From a virus (taxonomy: Duplodnaviria > Caudoviricetes), in IMG/VR virus record IMGVR_UViG_3300005980_000007, positions 1 to 40,797 of that record: a stretch of DNA of 40,797 bases; one strand, given 5' to 3'. Under the pieces are notes generated by a model, which did no database searches, was not told where the DNA came from, and saw nothing but the letters and a program-made list of their open reading frames with translations. Each line of letters opens with the position of its first letter. Position 1 is the stretch's first letter. Of this stretch, positions 29,638 through 38,104 are shown in pieces. A program made the translations under genes and the position numbers.

Positions 29638-30305
29638 TATTTGATTACTCCTTGTTCTTTGAGTTGATCCAACATCGCCCACGGCTCGCCCAGTCGATTC
29701 ACCACAAGGGCGTCGAAGGGATGGGCCATTAGTGCAATGTCGGAGATGTGATAAGGCTGATCGTCTACGCCTGGAATGAACCAATCGCGGACTATTCGGA
29801 TTGTCTTAACGGAAGGCGCATAAAGCAGCCCTTCGTATTCGTTGATCATTCGCATGTCAGTGACCACAACATGGTCGTAAGTACCGGCTTCGAGTGCCTT
29901 GCGAACTTCGATCATGCCCAAGTCAAACCAGACGTTAGGCTTACCGAGGAATTCACGGTGGTATTGAGTCCCGAAGGTCTGCAAGTGCCAGCGTAAAGAG
30001 CGAGGCTTTTGAAAGTCTTCACGACTCTCCATACGGGACTTCAGGAAATCCGTATAAGCGGAACGCTCCAGCTCTTCGATGGCCATACCTGGGCACGGCT
30101 TGTCCTTAGCAGAACTGTGCATGTCACGTTCAAACATGACCGCCAGCCCTTTACGGCGACCGGCCAGTTCTTCGGCGCACATTCGTTTAAGGACATCCGC
30201 AAAAGCCACACGAAAAACTTTGCGGCCCTCAGATTCCAGCAGACTAATCAAAGTATCCTTACCGGACTTCCCTCGAATACTGTTAAGACACAGGAGATCA
30301 GTCAT
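29637..30305 (-). CDS. Deoxynucleoside monophosphate kinase (P-loop type)
   Basis: GKSGKDT P-loop, AFADVLK, RWHLQTFGT, VVTDMR.INE. Confidence 0.8.
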   Translation of the reverse strand: MTDLLCLNSIRGKSGKDTLISLLESEGRKVFRVAFADVLKRMCAEELAGRRKGLAVMFERDMHSSAKDKPCPGMAIEELERSAYTDFLKSRMESREDFQKPRSLRWHLQTFGTQYHREFLGKPNVWFDLGMIEVRKALEAGTYDHVVVTDMRMINEYEGLLYAPSVKTIRIVRDWFIPGVDDQPYHISDIALMAHPFDALVVNRLGEPWAMLDQLKEQGVIK

Positions 30306-30495
30306 TCACGTATTCCTTTACTTTCTGCCAGATGTCCAACAGACGATTCTTTATGCGAACCCACAGAGCCTCTTTAGGCTTCGGTGTCGATGTATGGCGC
30401 TGGGAGCGCTGAGAAGTAAAAAGTGCAGCGTTATATGCACGATCATTTGCGGACTGAGCCAAACGATAGGCGAACGCAGGCGTGGAGCGAGACAT
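30298..30495 (-). CDS. Hypothetical phage protein
   Basis: AAGGAGG RBS; overlaps start of next gene. Confidence 0.7.
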   Translation of the reverse strand: MSRSTPAFAYRLAQSANDRAYNAALFTSQRSQRHTSTPKPKEALWVRIKNRLLDIWQKVKEYVND

Positions 30496-30530
30496 AGAAG
30501 TCCTCCTTGATATTTTACGTATTGGGTTAA

Positions 30531-31526
30531 TTACTCTTTGATTGTTGGCTCAGAGATGCCACGGAAAGAATCAAAAGATGGGTGACGCAAAGAACCGTCC
30601 GGGTATCGCTCCATGAAAGTGACGCGAACTGTGTGGCCGTGGTAGGGGTTCAGGTAGTCGGCATACGAGCGTTCCTCTTGATGTTCCGTAACCTTGGCCG
30701 TGAACTCTTCCATGAGTGCCTTACTGATCTTGCAGGCATTCACAACATGGCCGGACTCAAGAAGAACCTCGAAGCCAATCACCTTGCCTTCATTAGCCAG
30801 CCCAGGAGTTCCCCAAACGAGACCAACGACCTTGCCGTCTTCGTTGTCATCGGGAACCATCTTCCACATACCGGATTGCTTAGAGCGCTTCCAGATACCG
30901 TTAGGGTCTTTAAGCACCAAGCCCTCAAGTTTGCATTTGCGCACCGCCGCATAGAATCTATCAACGGCCTTCATAGTGAAGCAGTCACGGGACTTGACGA
31001 CCGACCACGCAATCTCCGGGAAGCGCGCTTGCAGCAGCTTCACTTGATGCTCAATGTGGTACTTCATGACACTGTGGGTCACGTCATAGTCTTGGCCCGA
31101 ACGGACCATAGACATTGGCACAATGCCGAACACGATTACTTTCAGGCGACTCAGGTCGATAGGCTGGTGGCGGCGAAGAGTCCCGGCGATGTCTTTACAC
31201 GGTAGGTCATCAATACGCAGCTCAGCGTCCAGCATGAACCCTTCAGGGAACAAAGCATCGTCTAACTCGAAGAACTTTAACCAACGAGGATCAAGAGCTA
31301 AAGGAAGCTGATCATTAAACGCAGGAAACTCTTTACCTTCCCGGCTCAACCAATGGACTCGATGCACAGAACCAAAAGGCTCAACACAAAGGTTCAAACG
31401 GACACCATCCTCTTTAACATCAGCAATCAAATAGGATTCATCAAGAATCTTAGTGACGGCTTTCGTATTGAAGTTGACTGGTCGGTGTGGGCTGGTTTCG
31501 AGGATTACACTTTGAACCTTGCTCAT
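30531..31526 (-). CDS. gp1.3: ATP-dependent DNA ligase (gp1.3)
   Basis: KEDGVR adenylation motif, LDAEL, EGLVLKD, GSLRHPSF. Confidence 0.96.
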   Translation of the reverse strand: MSKVQSVILETSPHRPVNFNTKAVTKILDESYLIADVKEDGVRLNLCVEPFGSVHRVHWLSREGKEFPAFNDQLPLALDPRWLKFFELDDALFPEGFMLDAELRIDDLPCKDIAGTLRRHQPIDLSRLKVIVFGIVPMSMVRSGQDYDVTHSVMKYHIEHQVKLLQARFPEIAWSVVKSRDCFTMKAVDRFYAAVRKCKLEGLVLKDPNGIWKRSKQSGMWKMVPDDNEDGKVVGLVWGTPGLANEGKVIGFEVLLESGHVVNACKISKALMEEFTAKVTEHQEERSYADYLNPYHGHTVRVTFMERYPDGSLRHPSFDSFRGISEPTIKE

Positions 31527-31798
31527 TAATTAGCTTCCTTGCCGGTCAGCATTTGGACTTTCGTGAAGGTCGTTGCGAACGCTCGGCGCACTCGCATCTC
31601 TACGGTGTCGTTGAGAAACTTCGCGTACTGATAGCAGCGTTTTGCGTCCGTAGTTGCCGTAATGAAACGAAGAGAACGTAACTCGCGCTTATCGACCAGT
31701 TGCCGAGTGGTGGTCTTAGCGTCCTCGACAGTCAGCGTGGTGTCGAAACAAAAGGTCTTCTTATCGAGAGCCGAATAGGAGGTCTTTACGTTGATCAT
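31526..31798 (-). CDS. Hypothetical phage protein
   Basis: Coupled at both ends (ATGA and TAATG overlaps). Confidence 0.75.
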   Translation of the reverse strand: MINVKTSYSALDKKTFCFDTTLTVEDAKTTTRQLVDKRELRSLRFITATTDAKRCYQYAKFLNDTVEMRVRRAFATTFTKVQMLTGKEAN

Positions 31799-31938
31799 TC
31801 TGCGCTCTCCCAGTTATGGCGGGCTTGGCGCTGCACTTTATTCAACTTGCCGCGACGGACCCGTACAGCTTCCATCTCGTCATCAGTGCGGCGTTTGGAA
31901 GTGCGGGCGTTGCGTTCAATTGTCTTAGTGGATTGCAT
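31795..31938 (-). CDS. gp1.1: gp1.1-like small basic protein
   Basis: RRGKLNKVQR..WE; start reassigned to ATG 31938 (AGGAG RBS), downstream of tandem promoters. Confidence 0.75.
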   Translation of the reverse strand: MQSTKTIERNARTSKRRTDDEMEAVRVRRGKLNKVQRQARHNWESAE

Positions 31939-31974
31939 AGCGGAAAGAACTCCTAAAATGTTGGGAAGGTTGGT

Positions 31975-31997
31975 TGTGCTTTTAGTGGGTGTTTTAA
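31975..31997 (-). promoter_or_regulatory. Phage RNAP promoter (phi1.1B-like) TTAAAACACCCACTAAA|AGCACA
   Basis: Consensus motif, tandem with 32056..32078. Confidence 0.85.
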
Positions 31998-32010
31998 ATC
32001 GCACAGACAA

Positions 32011-32054
32011 AGAAAAACCTCAGAGAGACCGGTTAAATCTCAATGAGGTTTTCG
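32011..32054 (-). other. Long hairpin between the tandem promoters (RNase III site or early terminator)
   Basis: AAAACCTCA-TT-GAGA...TCTC-TC-TGAGGTTTT followed by TCTTT. Confidence 0.55.
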
Positions 32055-32055
32055 T

Positions 32056-32078
32056 TGTGCTTTGAGTGGGTGTTTTAA
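32056..32078 (-). promoter_or_regulatory. Phage RNAP promoter (phi1.1A-like) TTAAAACACCCACTCAA|AGCACA
   Basis: Consensus motif immediately after the RNAP stop. Confidence 0.85.
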
Positions 32079-32084
32079 GCGGGA

Positions 32085-34778
32085 CTATGCAAAAGCAAAC
32101 TGGCTCTCAAGGATCTTGGTGATGTCAAGGGTCCCCTTCTGTGGAATCGGCGGCATCTTTTCAAGCTGGCTCTCGTGCAGTTGCTCCATGAACTGCTGAC
32201 GGAAGTCCTCCAAGACATCGTTCTCTGTGTACGTCTCAACCATCGCTTCGCGCACAGCCCTGAACATCGCTCCGGCCTTCGCTGGGATGGTCCCGAAGCT
32301 GTCGTGAATCAACGCGAAGAACTCCACGCCGTAGCACTCGGAAGCCTTAACGACTGTCTTGCGCAGGTGGGACCCATCCTGACTGTGTACGAAGTTCGGA
32401 GAGATACCCGATTCCTGTTTGGCCCCGTCGATTTCGTTGGAATCCCGAACATTGATCGTTGAGCGCAAGCGAGCAGCACCCAGGAAGATCAGGTCGACCC
32501 GGCGTTGCACAGGCACCATGTATTCCTGCCACACAGGGAACCCGTCAGGCGTCACCCAGTACACAGGCATGCAAGGCTTCAGGATTTCGGGCTCGGGGTT
32601 CTTCTTGGTCTTCTTTGTGGCGGTCACTTCAGTAGCCAGCAGCTTTGCAGCCTTTTGGAGCCACAACATGGCCTCAACGGCCTTAACTACAACCAAGCTC
32701 ACAGAATCCCAAATGAGGTTCGCCATATACCGGGCACATTGCTGTGCATCAGGGAACCACTGTTCACCGTCACCAGCGTCAAGAGCTGGCTGGATGATGT
32801 CTTCACGTACTTGGTCGGTGAACCCAAAAGCCTTGGAGCCATACGCCAGAGTCATTACGGAACGCTTAGTCACCTTCCGGCTGATCCCGTAGCCCATCCA
32901 ACCAGCGGCCATTGAGCGAGTACCCAACACGCGGCGTTCTGTAATCTCACCGGTCTTCTTGTTCGTCACCACTTCGGTGCTGTCTTCCGCGCCTTCAAGC
33001 ATGTCCCGTTTGACCGCCTCAATGACTTCCTCAGCAACCAAGCGGTAGATGTCCTGAACCTCATCCGAAGGCAACAAGTTCACAGCACGACCACCCCGCT
33101 CGTCTCTGAGCATCGCGGAGAAGTGCTGAATACCAGAGCAAGACCCATCGAATGCGATAGGCAGTGCCGACTCCCACAGCTCACCGTGTTCAACCACACC
33201 GGCCCACTCGAAGCAGAACGCCAGGAAGCAGAAAGGGCTATCCATCTTGGTCCACTCAGGCTGGCCCAGTGGGTCCCGAGCAATCTCAAGGATCAGCTCT
33301 TCGTTGTCCTCTACCCACTTCGTGCGCTGTCCAAAGTCGACCTTATCGACCCCTGCACAGTTGGCCCCGTGGATCTTCAGCCACTCAATACCGTCCTTGC
33401 CGACAGGCTCCGCAATGGAAGCCATCAGGAGGCCCTTGGTCAGGTCGTTGCCTTGTGGATTGAACGATGGGATGGCGTAAACACGGCCCCGCCAGTCGAG
33501 GTTGTACGGGAAGTAAATGGCCTCGTATTCAGAGAACTTTGTGGCCTGCTCTAAGATGAACTCATAGGACAGACGGCGGCTCACTCGGGCCCGGTCCTTG
33601 CGGTACACAGTCGAAGCGGCTTTCTTCCAGGCCTTGAGGACCTCGGGGTCTTCGTCAATGTTCGCAGGCTTGACCGGTAAGGCTTCCTTGTCGGCTGTAG
33701 GAAACTTGTCGATTGGAACATGCTTCCACTGCATCACCTCCTTGGCGACTTCGAGGACCTTTGCGTTCACCTTCCAAGCGGACGCCTGGGCGATGTTCAC
33801 GGCCTTGTAGACCTCGGGCATCGACACGTCCTTGTAGCGCTGTAGAGCCTTCTTTGAGCGGACCCGAATCAACGGCACAGGCTTACGCCCCTTCGCCCAG
33901 TAGCCACCACCAATCATTCCGGTCCACTCGCGCGGCGGTACGATCATTGGTTGGTAACGCGGAGTAATCTCGGCCAGCGCATATGCACGATTGCATAGCT
34001 TTTCGGCCCACTCAGGGGTTAGGTAGATGAACTCGCCGTCTAACTTTGCGTTGCCTGCGTGTTCCCGCTTCATCTCGACCAACTGAGTCGACTCAATGAG
34101 CAGCTCCAGGAGCTTCACGCCAATATGAAAGGTGACGTAGTTGTCCAGTGAGTCCCAGGAGGTCCACTTAGTGGTCAGCTCATTAGCGGCCATCATGTGA
34201 GCCTCGACCTTCTCCATGAACTTAACTTTGTAGGTGTGGCCGTTGCGCTTGTTGAGTGCTGGGCGGATACGCTTGTTGAAGTGTTCCGCCTCCTGCTCGC
34301 GGATACGGCCAAATCGGGCCTCTTCCTCAACCGCCTTACCGAGGGATACTGAAACCTGCTGAACACTCAGCGGCCCCTTTTTGGCGACCATATTAAGAAC
34401 TGTCTTGACGGTAATTGCCGCGACGTTCTCAGCCTTGACCAATTGCAGATAAGGCAGGCCAATATTCTTTCGCTTCACCTTATTCACTTGATGCTCAACC
34501 CAGTCTTCGAAAGCCTTAGCCATCAGGGGAATCAGTGAGGCCAGCACAGGCTTAGCTGTGGCGTTGTCCGCGAACTCATTACGATCAATAGAACGATCAA
34601 GGACTTTCTTAAAGTGATCTTCACCAAGCGTGTAGGCTTCATGCTCAAGACTTAACTGAGCCGCCGCAAGGTCAGGGCCGTAGATATTAGAAAGGGTCTC
34701 ATAGGCCCATGAAGAAACATCAGTGATTGCGCTAAAGTCGTGCTTCGTTAGTTGTATGGTTTGGCTTTCTGCGGACAC
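32085..34778 (-). CDS. gp1: Single-subunit DNA-directed RNA polymerase (gp1)
   Basis: DWRGRVY, FDGSCSGIQHF, RKVTKRSVMTLAYG, PNFVHSQDGSHL, IHDSF, C-terminal FAFA; catalytic motifs intact. Confidence 0.99.
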   Translation of the reverse strand: MSAESQTIQLTKHDFSAITDVSSWAYETLSNIYGPDLAAAQLSLEHEAYTLGEDHFKKVLDRSIDRNEFADNATAKPVLASLIPLMAKAFEDWVEHQVNKVKRKNIGLPYLQLVKAENVAAITVKTVLNMVAKKGPLSVQQVSVSLGKAVEEEARFGRIREQEAEHFNKRIRPALNKRNGHTYKVKFMEKVEAHMMAANELTTKWTSWDSLDNYVTFHIGVKLLELLIESTQLVEMKREHAGNAKLDGEFIYLTPEWAEKLCNRAYALAEITPRYQPMIVPPREWTGMIGGGYWAKGRKPVPLIRVRSKKALQRYKDVSMPEVYKAVNIAQASAWKVNAKVLEVAKEVMQWKHVPIDKFPTADKEALPVKPANIDEDPEVLKAWKKAASTVYRKDRARVSRRLSYEFILEQATKFSEYEAIYFPYNLDWRGRVYAIPSFNPQGNDLTKGLLMASIAEPVGKDGIEWLKIHGANCAGVDKVDFGQRTKWVEDNEELILEIARDPLGQPEWTKMDSPFCFLAFCFEWAGVVEHGELWESALPIAFDGSCSGIQHFSAMLRDERGGRAVNLLPSDEVQDIYRLVAEEVIEAVKRDMLEGAEDSTEVVTNKKTGEITERRVLGTRSMAAGWMGYGISRKVTKRSVMTLAYGSKAFGFTDQVREDIIQPALDAGDGEQWFPDAQQCARYMANLIWDSVSLVVVKAVEAMLWLQKAAKLLATEVTATKKTKKNPEPEILKPCMPVYWVTPDGFPVWQEYMVPVQRRVDLIFLGAARLRSTINVRDSNEIDGAKQESGISPNFVHSQDGSHLRKTVVKASECYGVEFFALIHDSFGTIPAKAGAMFRAVREAMVETYTENDVLEDFRQQFMEQLHESQLEKMPPIPQKGTLDITKILESQFAFA

Positions 34779-34925
34779 AAGAATCCCTTAGAGGCCACTT
34801 GGGCCTCCAATAAAGTTATGGAAGTTGGTTAGTTGGGTGATTTACTGAATTGAGGGCGTAGAGGGTCCTTAGAGGGGACTTAAAGAAGTCTCTAAGTTAA
34901 AGGCTCATAGAGTGGGAACAGCAGG

Positions 34926-34948
34926 GCTGCTTTTAGTGGGTGTTTAAA
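34926..34948 (-). promoter_or_regulatory. Phage RNAP promoter upstream of the RNAP gene, TTTAAACACCCACTAAA|AGCAGC
   Basis: Consensus motif about 150 nt upstream of the gp1 start. Confidence 0.85.
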
Positions 34949-34963
34949 CCCGAGGACGAATCG

Positions 34964-35233
34964 TTACACGGAAGCAACCTCTATCCGACCAGTTATTTCG
35001 CTTACTAAGTAGATAAACTCCTTGACCTCACCATCTGTGGAAGCGAAGCGTGTCTCTTGGGTGATTGTCAGGAACTCACTATTGAGCGCGTAACGAAGTT
35101 CGGACACCCACTGGCCGCAGGGACCTCGGCCTAACGCGAACTCGCAGCGCTCATGGTCATAAGTCATTTTTCCATCCTCGCAAACACGTGGAACCTGGGA
35201 GTAGAAGCGGATTCGGCTGATGGGCTTCTTCAT
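34964..35233 (-). CDS. Hypothetical early protein
   Basis: ATGA overlap with the Bro-N gene stop; fills the gap. Confidence 0.7.
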   Translation of the reverse strand: MKKPISRIRFYSQVPRVCEDGKMTYDHERCEFALGRGPCGQWVSELRYALNSEFLTITQETRFASTDGEVKEFIYLVSEITGRIEVASV

Positions 35234-36093
35234 TTCGTAAAATGCTCATTCAGGGCTTTGTCGAGCGCAGACAGATACCCGGCTTGGTTCATGTGTTTCT
35301 TTAAGAACTCCAGTGGGAACCGTGCCCATGGGCGCTTGGCTGACCCTTGCGACAGCTCTGTCTGGAGCTTCCGATGGTCCGTGGCATCCCACAGGTCCAA
35401 TAAGGCAGCTTCGAGTTTCACCGTGACAGTCGGCTTCAGCTTGTCCGCTACAGGAACGCTCAGCCCCTTCAGGTCACACAGCTTGATAAGTAGCTTGCGG
35501 TCGAAGTGACGCCATACGAACTCGGTGTGTACTTCAGGGCACAGGTAGGTGCTTACAGATGCTGGGGCACTCTCAGACACAAGAAGAGGGCGAGCCATCA
35601 GGATTTCAAGCAGAGATTTCAGCTCCCCGACTTCGCCTCTGAGGGTCTTCAGCTCATCCATGACGCCCTGTGCGATTGGGTTCGTGGAATCCTCAGCGTT
35701 GTACTTACCGGTCTTGCGGATGGTCGGTAGGACTTCTTCAGTAACCCACTTACGGAATGGCAGAGTTGCCGGTGATTTGGCGCGCAAGAGCATTCCGTAC
35801 AGCTCAGGCTCTGTGAACATGACTGTGTTTTTGCGGATTCGCTTGGCGTTCTCATCCATGGGCAGGGCAATGGTGGAACAATCTTCTACCAGTGCTTCCA
35901 ACGAGCGACCGTCCTTCAGCTTCTGCCGAGCATGGTAGATAGAGCTTTTCGGGTCCTTTAGGCCAGCGCATCGCGCCACCTGAGTCCCTAAGAACAACAG
36001 ATCGTGGTCAGGGTGCCCGGTCAGTACGTCCAGCTCGATCCCCATGAAGTTGCGCTTTTCGAATTGCATTACGGCAGGCGTAGTAGTAGCCAT
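35230..36093 (-). CDS. Bro-N domain protein (antirepressor-like)
   Basis: FLGTQVARCAG, MFTEPELYGMLLRAKSP, FRKWVTEEVLPTIRKTGKY, then a coiled coil. Confidence 0.9.
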   Translation of the reverse strand: MATTTPAVMQFEKRNFMGIELDVLTGHPDHDLLFLGTQVARCAGLKDPKSSIYHARQKLKDGRSLEALVEDCSTIALPMDENAKRIRKNTVMFTEPELYGMLLRAKSPATLPFRKWVTEEVLPTIRKTGKYNAEDSTNPIAQGVMDELKTLRGEVGELKSLLEILMARPLLVSESAPASVSTYLCPEVHTEFVWRHFDRKLLIKLCDLKGLSVPVADKLKPTVTVKLEAALLDLWDATDHRKLQTELSQGSAKRPWARFPLEFLKKHMNQAGYLSALDKALNEHFTK

Positions 36094-36178
36094 GTGACAT
36101 ATCTCGCTTTAAGTTCTTGATAAATGGTGTTATTAATCGCAATGCTGGGCGTAGTCCTTGCCCTATCTATGCAGGCAG

Positions 36179-36895
36179 CTACTTCACTTCGCTCCAATGC
36201 ACTAACAGATTCCTTTCCCCGCTCGTTACGGGCATCCCGTAGTGCCTGTGCGCTTTCCCGTTGAAGAACATCGCGTGTCCTACAGGCAACTGAGGGACCA
36301 CTATGTTTTCGCTGAAAGGCCCGGTATGAACTAACGTCCCACCGCCTGTATGAGTTGCTGTTAGAGCAACTACCAACGTCACGTCTGAATCTTTATCGTT
36401 ATGCCAGTGGCCTCTTGGGGTGTTCTCAACGGTGTACTGAGCGGCCTGGATGGTCTTGAGGACGCTCGGGTCCTGCCCCATCAGAACCTTTGCCAAAGGG
36501 ATTCCCGCGTTTGCCCATAGGCTGTGCAAGCAATCAAAGAGAGGGCGGCACTCAGTCAGAAAGGTGACTTCAGGAATCTGCGCCTCTTCGGGTTCATCGT
36601 CGTTCACGCTGTACGCCATGCAATCCAGCTCAAGCATTAGGTCCTTGCAGAAACCCTCAGAGAGGTATGGGAACGAGTAGACCCCGTGGCCGTAAGACGT
36701 GACGATTCCCAAGGCGCCTGTCCAGTCTGACGCCGCGATGTAATCCTCCAGGCTTATCGGGTGCTGGTCCTCAGCGTAATCGGCCATGTCCTTGATGGTG
36801 TCAAGAACGTCCCGAAGGTCCTTGTGGTACTTGTCCATAGATGGGTAGGCCGTGAGAGCCCTACTCACTACGTGGTTCTGTCCTTGATGCTGCAT
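36179..36895 (-). CDS. 2OG-Fe(II) dioxygenase (lysyl/prolyl hydroxylase-like), 238 aa
   Basis: H-x-D (HND), TLVVAL..GGGT, distal His (HYG), 2OG-binding Arg (GERNLLV); start reassigned to ATG 36895 after AAGGAG. Confidence 0.88.
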   Translation of the reverse strand: MQHQGQNHVVSRALTAYPSMDKYHKDLRDVLDTIKDMADYAEDQHPISLEDYIAASDWTGALGIVTSYGHGVYSFPYLSEGFCKDLMLELDCMAYSVNDDEPEEAQIPEVTFLTECRPLFDCLHSLWANAGIPLAKVLMGQDPSVLKTIQAAQYTVENTPRGHWHNDKDSDVTLVVALTATHTGGGTLVHTGPFSENIVVPQLPVGHAMFFNGKAHRHYGMPVTSGERNLLVHWSEVK

Positions 36896-37027
36896 TGGCG
36901 TGTATCTCCTTCTCGCAATATATAACCCTCCATCGAGCCAGCTCTGAGGGCGCGCATGTTCGTACAAGATATGCATGCATGCAATATAAATATGCATTAA
37001 TGCATAGACTTAGATAAAAGATGCATG

Positions 37028-37453
37028 TCAGAGAGTGAGTGCGGGTCGGTTCAGCCTCTCACCCAGCCAGCCCCGAAGGGTGTCCCACAGGCCCACAGAC
37101 CAGGCTTTACGTGCCCTCTCCGCCTCCTGGGCGTCCAGAATGGTATCCAGAGGATGCTGTGGGAGCCGGTACAGAGCGGCGTGGAGTCCAGAGAACTCAC
37201 GTTCGTCCTCACGGGCCCAGTGGAACAGAGCGGCCTTTAAGAGGTGGTGCCCGACCTCCTGCATGGTGTCTGTAAGGAACTGGAAGTAGAGGCGCCCGTG
37301 GTCGTCCCGCTTGATGTCCACACGAAGCCACAAGCGGCCATTGCGGTTTGGTACGTACTGCGCAAGGCCTGTCTTTATGGCGTCTTGCATCGCGCCCAGG
37401 ATCTTGTTGGCGACTGCTGCGGACGTGAAGTTGGTCAGGTTGTAAATAGTCAT
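37028..37453 (-). CDS. Hypothetical early protein
   Basis: AAGGA RBS; coding strand; no recognised motif. Confidence 0.75.
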   Translation of the reverse strand: MTIYNLTNFTSAAVANKILGAMQDAIKTGLAQYVPNRNGRLWLRVDIKRDDHGRLYFQFLTDTMQEVGHHLLKAALFHWAREDEREFSGLHAALYRLPQHPLDTILDAQEAERARKAWSVGLWDTLRGWLGERLNRPALTL

Positions 37454-37527
37454 GGCGTCGAGGTTCCTTTAGGGGCTCTTTGGGAGTGGAGCCCTTTCGT
37501 GTTCTTTAGGGTTTGGGTGTTACTGAA

Positions 37528-37767
37528 TTAGTCGCGGGTGATGCGGCCTTGGAGCAGCATGTAATCGGCTGTGCCTGGGACCTTTTCTTTGCTGGTGTCG
37601 CACTCCCATGGGACGCTGTAGACAGCGCTGAGGCGGTCGCAGACATCCTGTAGGCCCAGCGTTTCCAGGGCGGCAATCGTCAAGTGATTGCGCAGCAACA
37701 TAGTGAGTGCGCGGTGTTCCTCGTTGCTCAGTTCGAAAGTGTTCATCCGGTCTGCCCTCCTGGGCAT
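37528..37767 (-). CDS. Hypothetical early protein (may start at MNTF, downstream of AGGAGG)
   Basis: Coding strand, fills gap. Confidence 0.65.
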   Translation of the reverse strand: MPRRADRMNTFELSNEEHRALTMLLRNHLTIAALETLGLQDVCDRLSAVYSVPWECDTSKEKVPGTADYMLLQGRITRD

Positions 37768-37794
37768 TCTTAAAGGTGGCTGTGGCTTACTGAG

Positions 37795-38043
37795 TTACAC
37801 GCGGGACCGGTGGGAGGCGCAGACAGCGACCCAGTGACCATCAGGAGTGCCCCCGATGTGCCAGGTGTCAGCACGATCCCAGGCGAGTTTCTTAACGAGG
37901 GCCTTAACGGCTGCCTTTACGTTCCCTTCCGAATCCAGGTCGTGGTCATAGCCCAAAGTGATGGAACCAGCAGCGGCTGTTGCCTTGAAGCGGGAACATT
38001 TGGTGTTGGTAGCTGGCAGGTACTTGATGGTGATTGCTTGCAT
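37795..38043 (-). CDS. First early gene, hypothetical protein
   Basis: TAAGGA RBS just downstream of host and phage promoters. Confidence 0.75.
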   Translation of the reverse strand: MQAITIKYLPATNTKCSRFKATAAAGSITLGYDHDLDSEGNVKAAVKALVKKLAWDRADTWHIGGTPDGHWVAVCASHRSRV

Positions 38044-38076
38044 GATGGTGATGTCCTTAAGTGGTCGATTACGTGC

Positions 38077-38099
38077 TGCGCTTTAAGTGGGTGTTTTAA
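38077..38099 (-). promoter_or_regulatory. Phage RNAP promoter (phiOL-like) TTAAAACACCCACTTAA|AGCGCA
   Basis: Consensus motif at the head of the early region. Confidence 0.85.
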
Positions 38100-38104
38100 A
38101 CACA

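Noticed and set aside
31939-32010. Upstream extension of the gp1.1 ORF
   Set aside because: It spans a phage promoter; the RBS supports ATG 31938.
36896-36997. N-terminal extension of the oxygenase ORF (MHIYIACMH...)
   Set aside because: The upstream ATGs come from the ATGCAT repeats; the strong RBS lies before ATG 36895.
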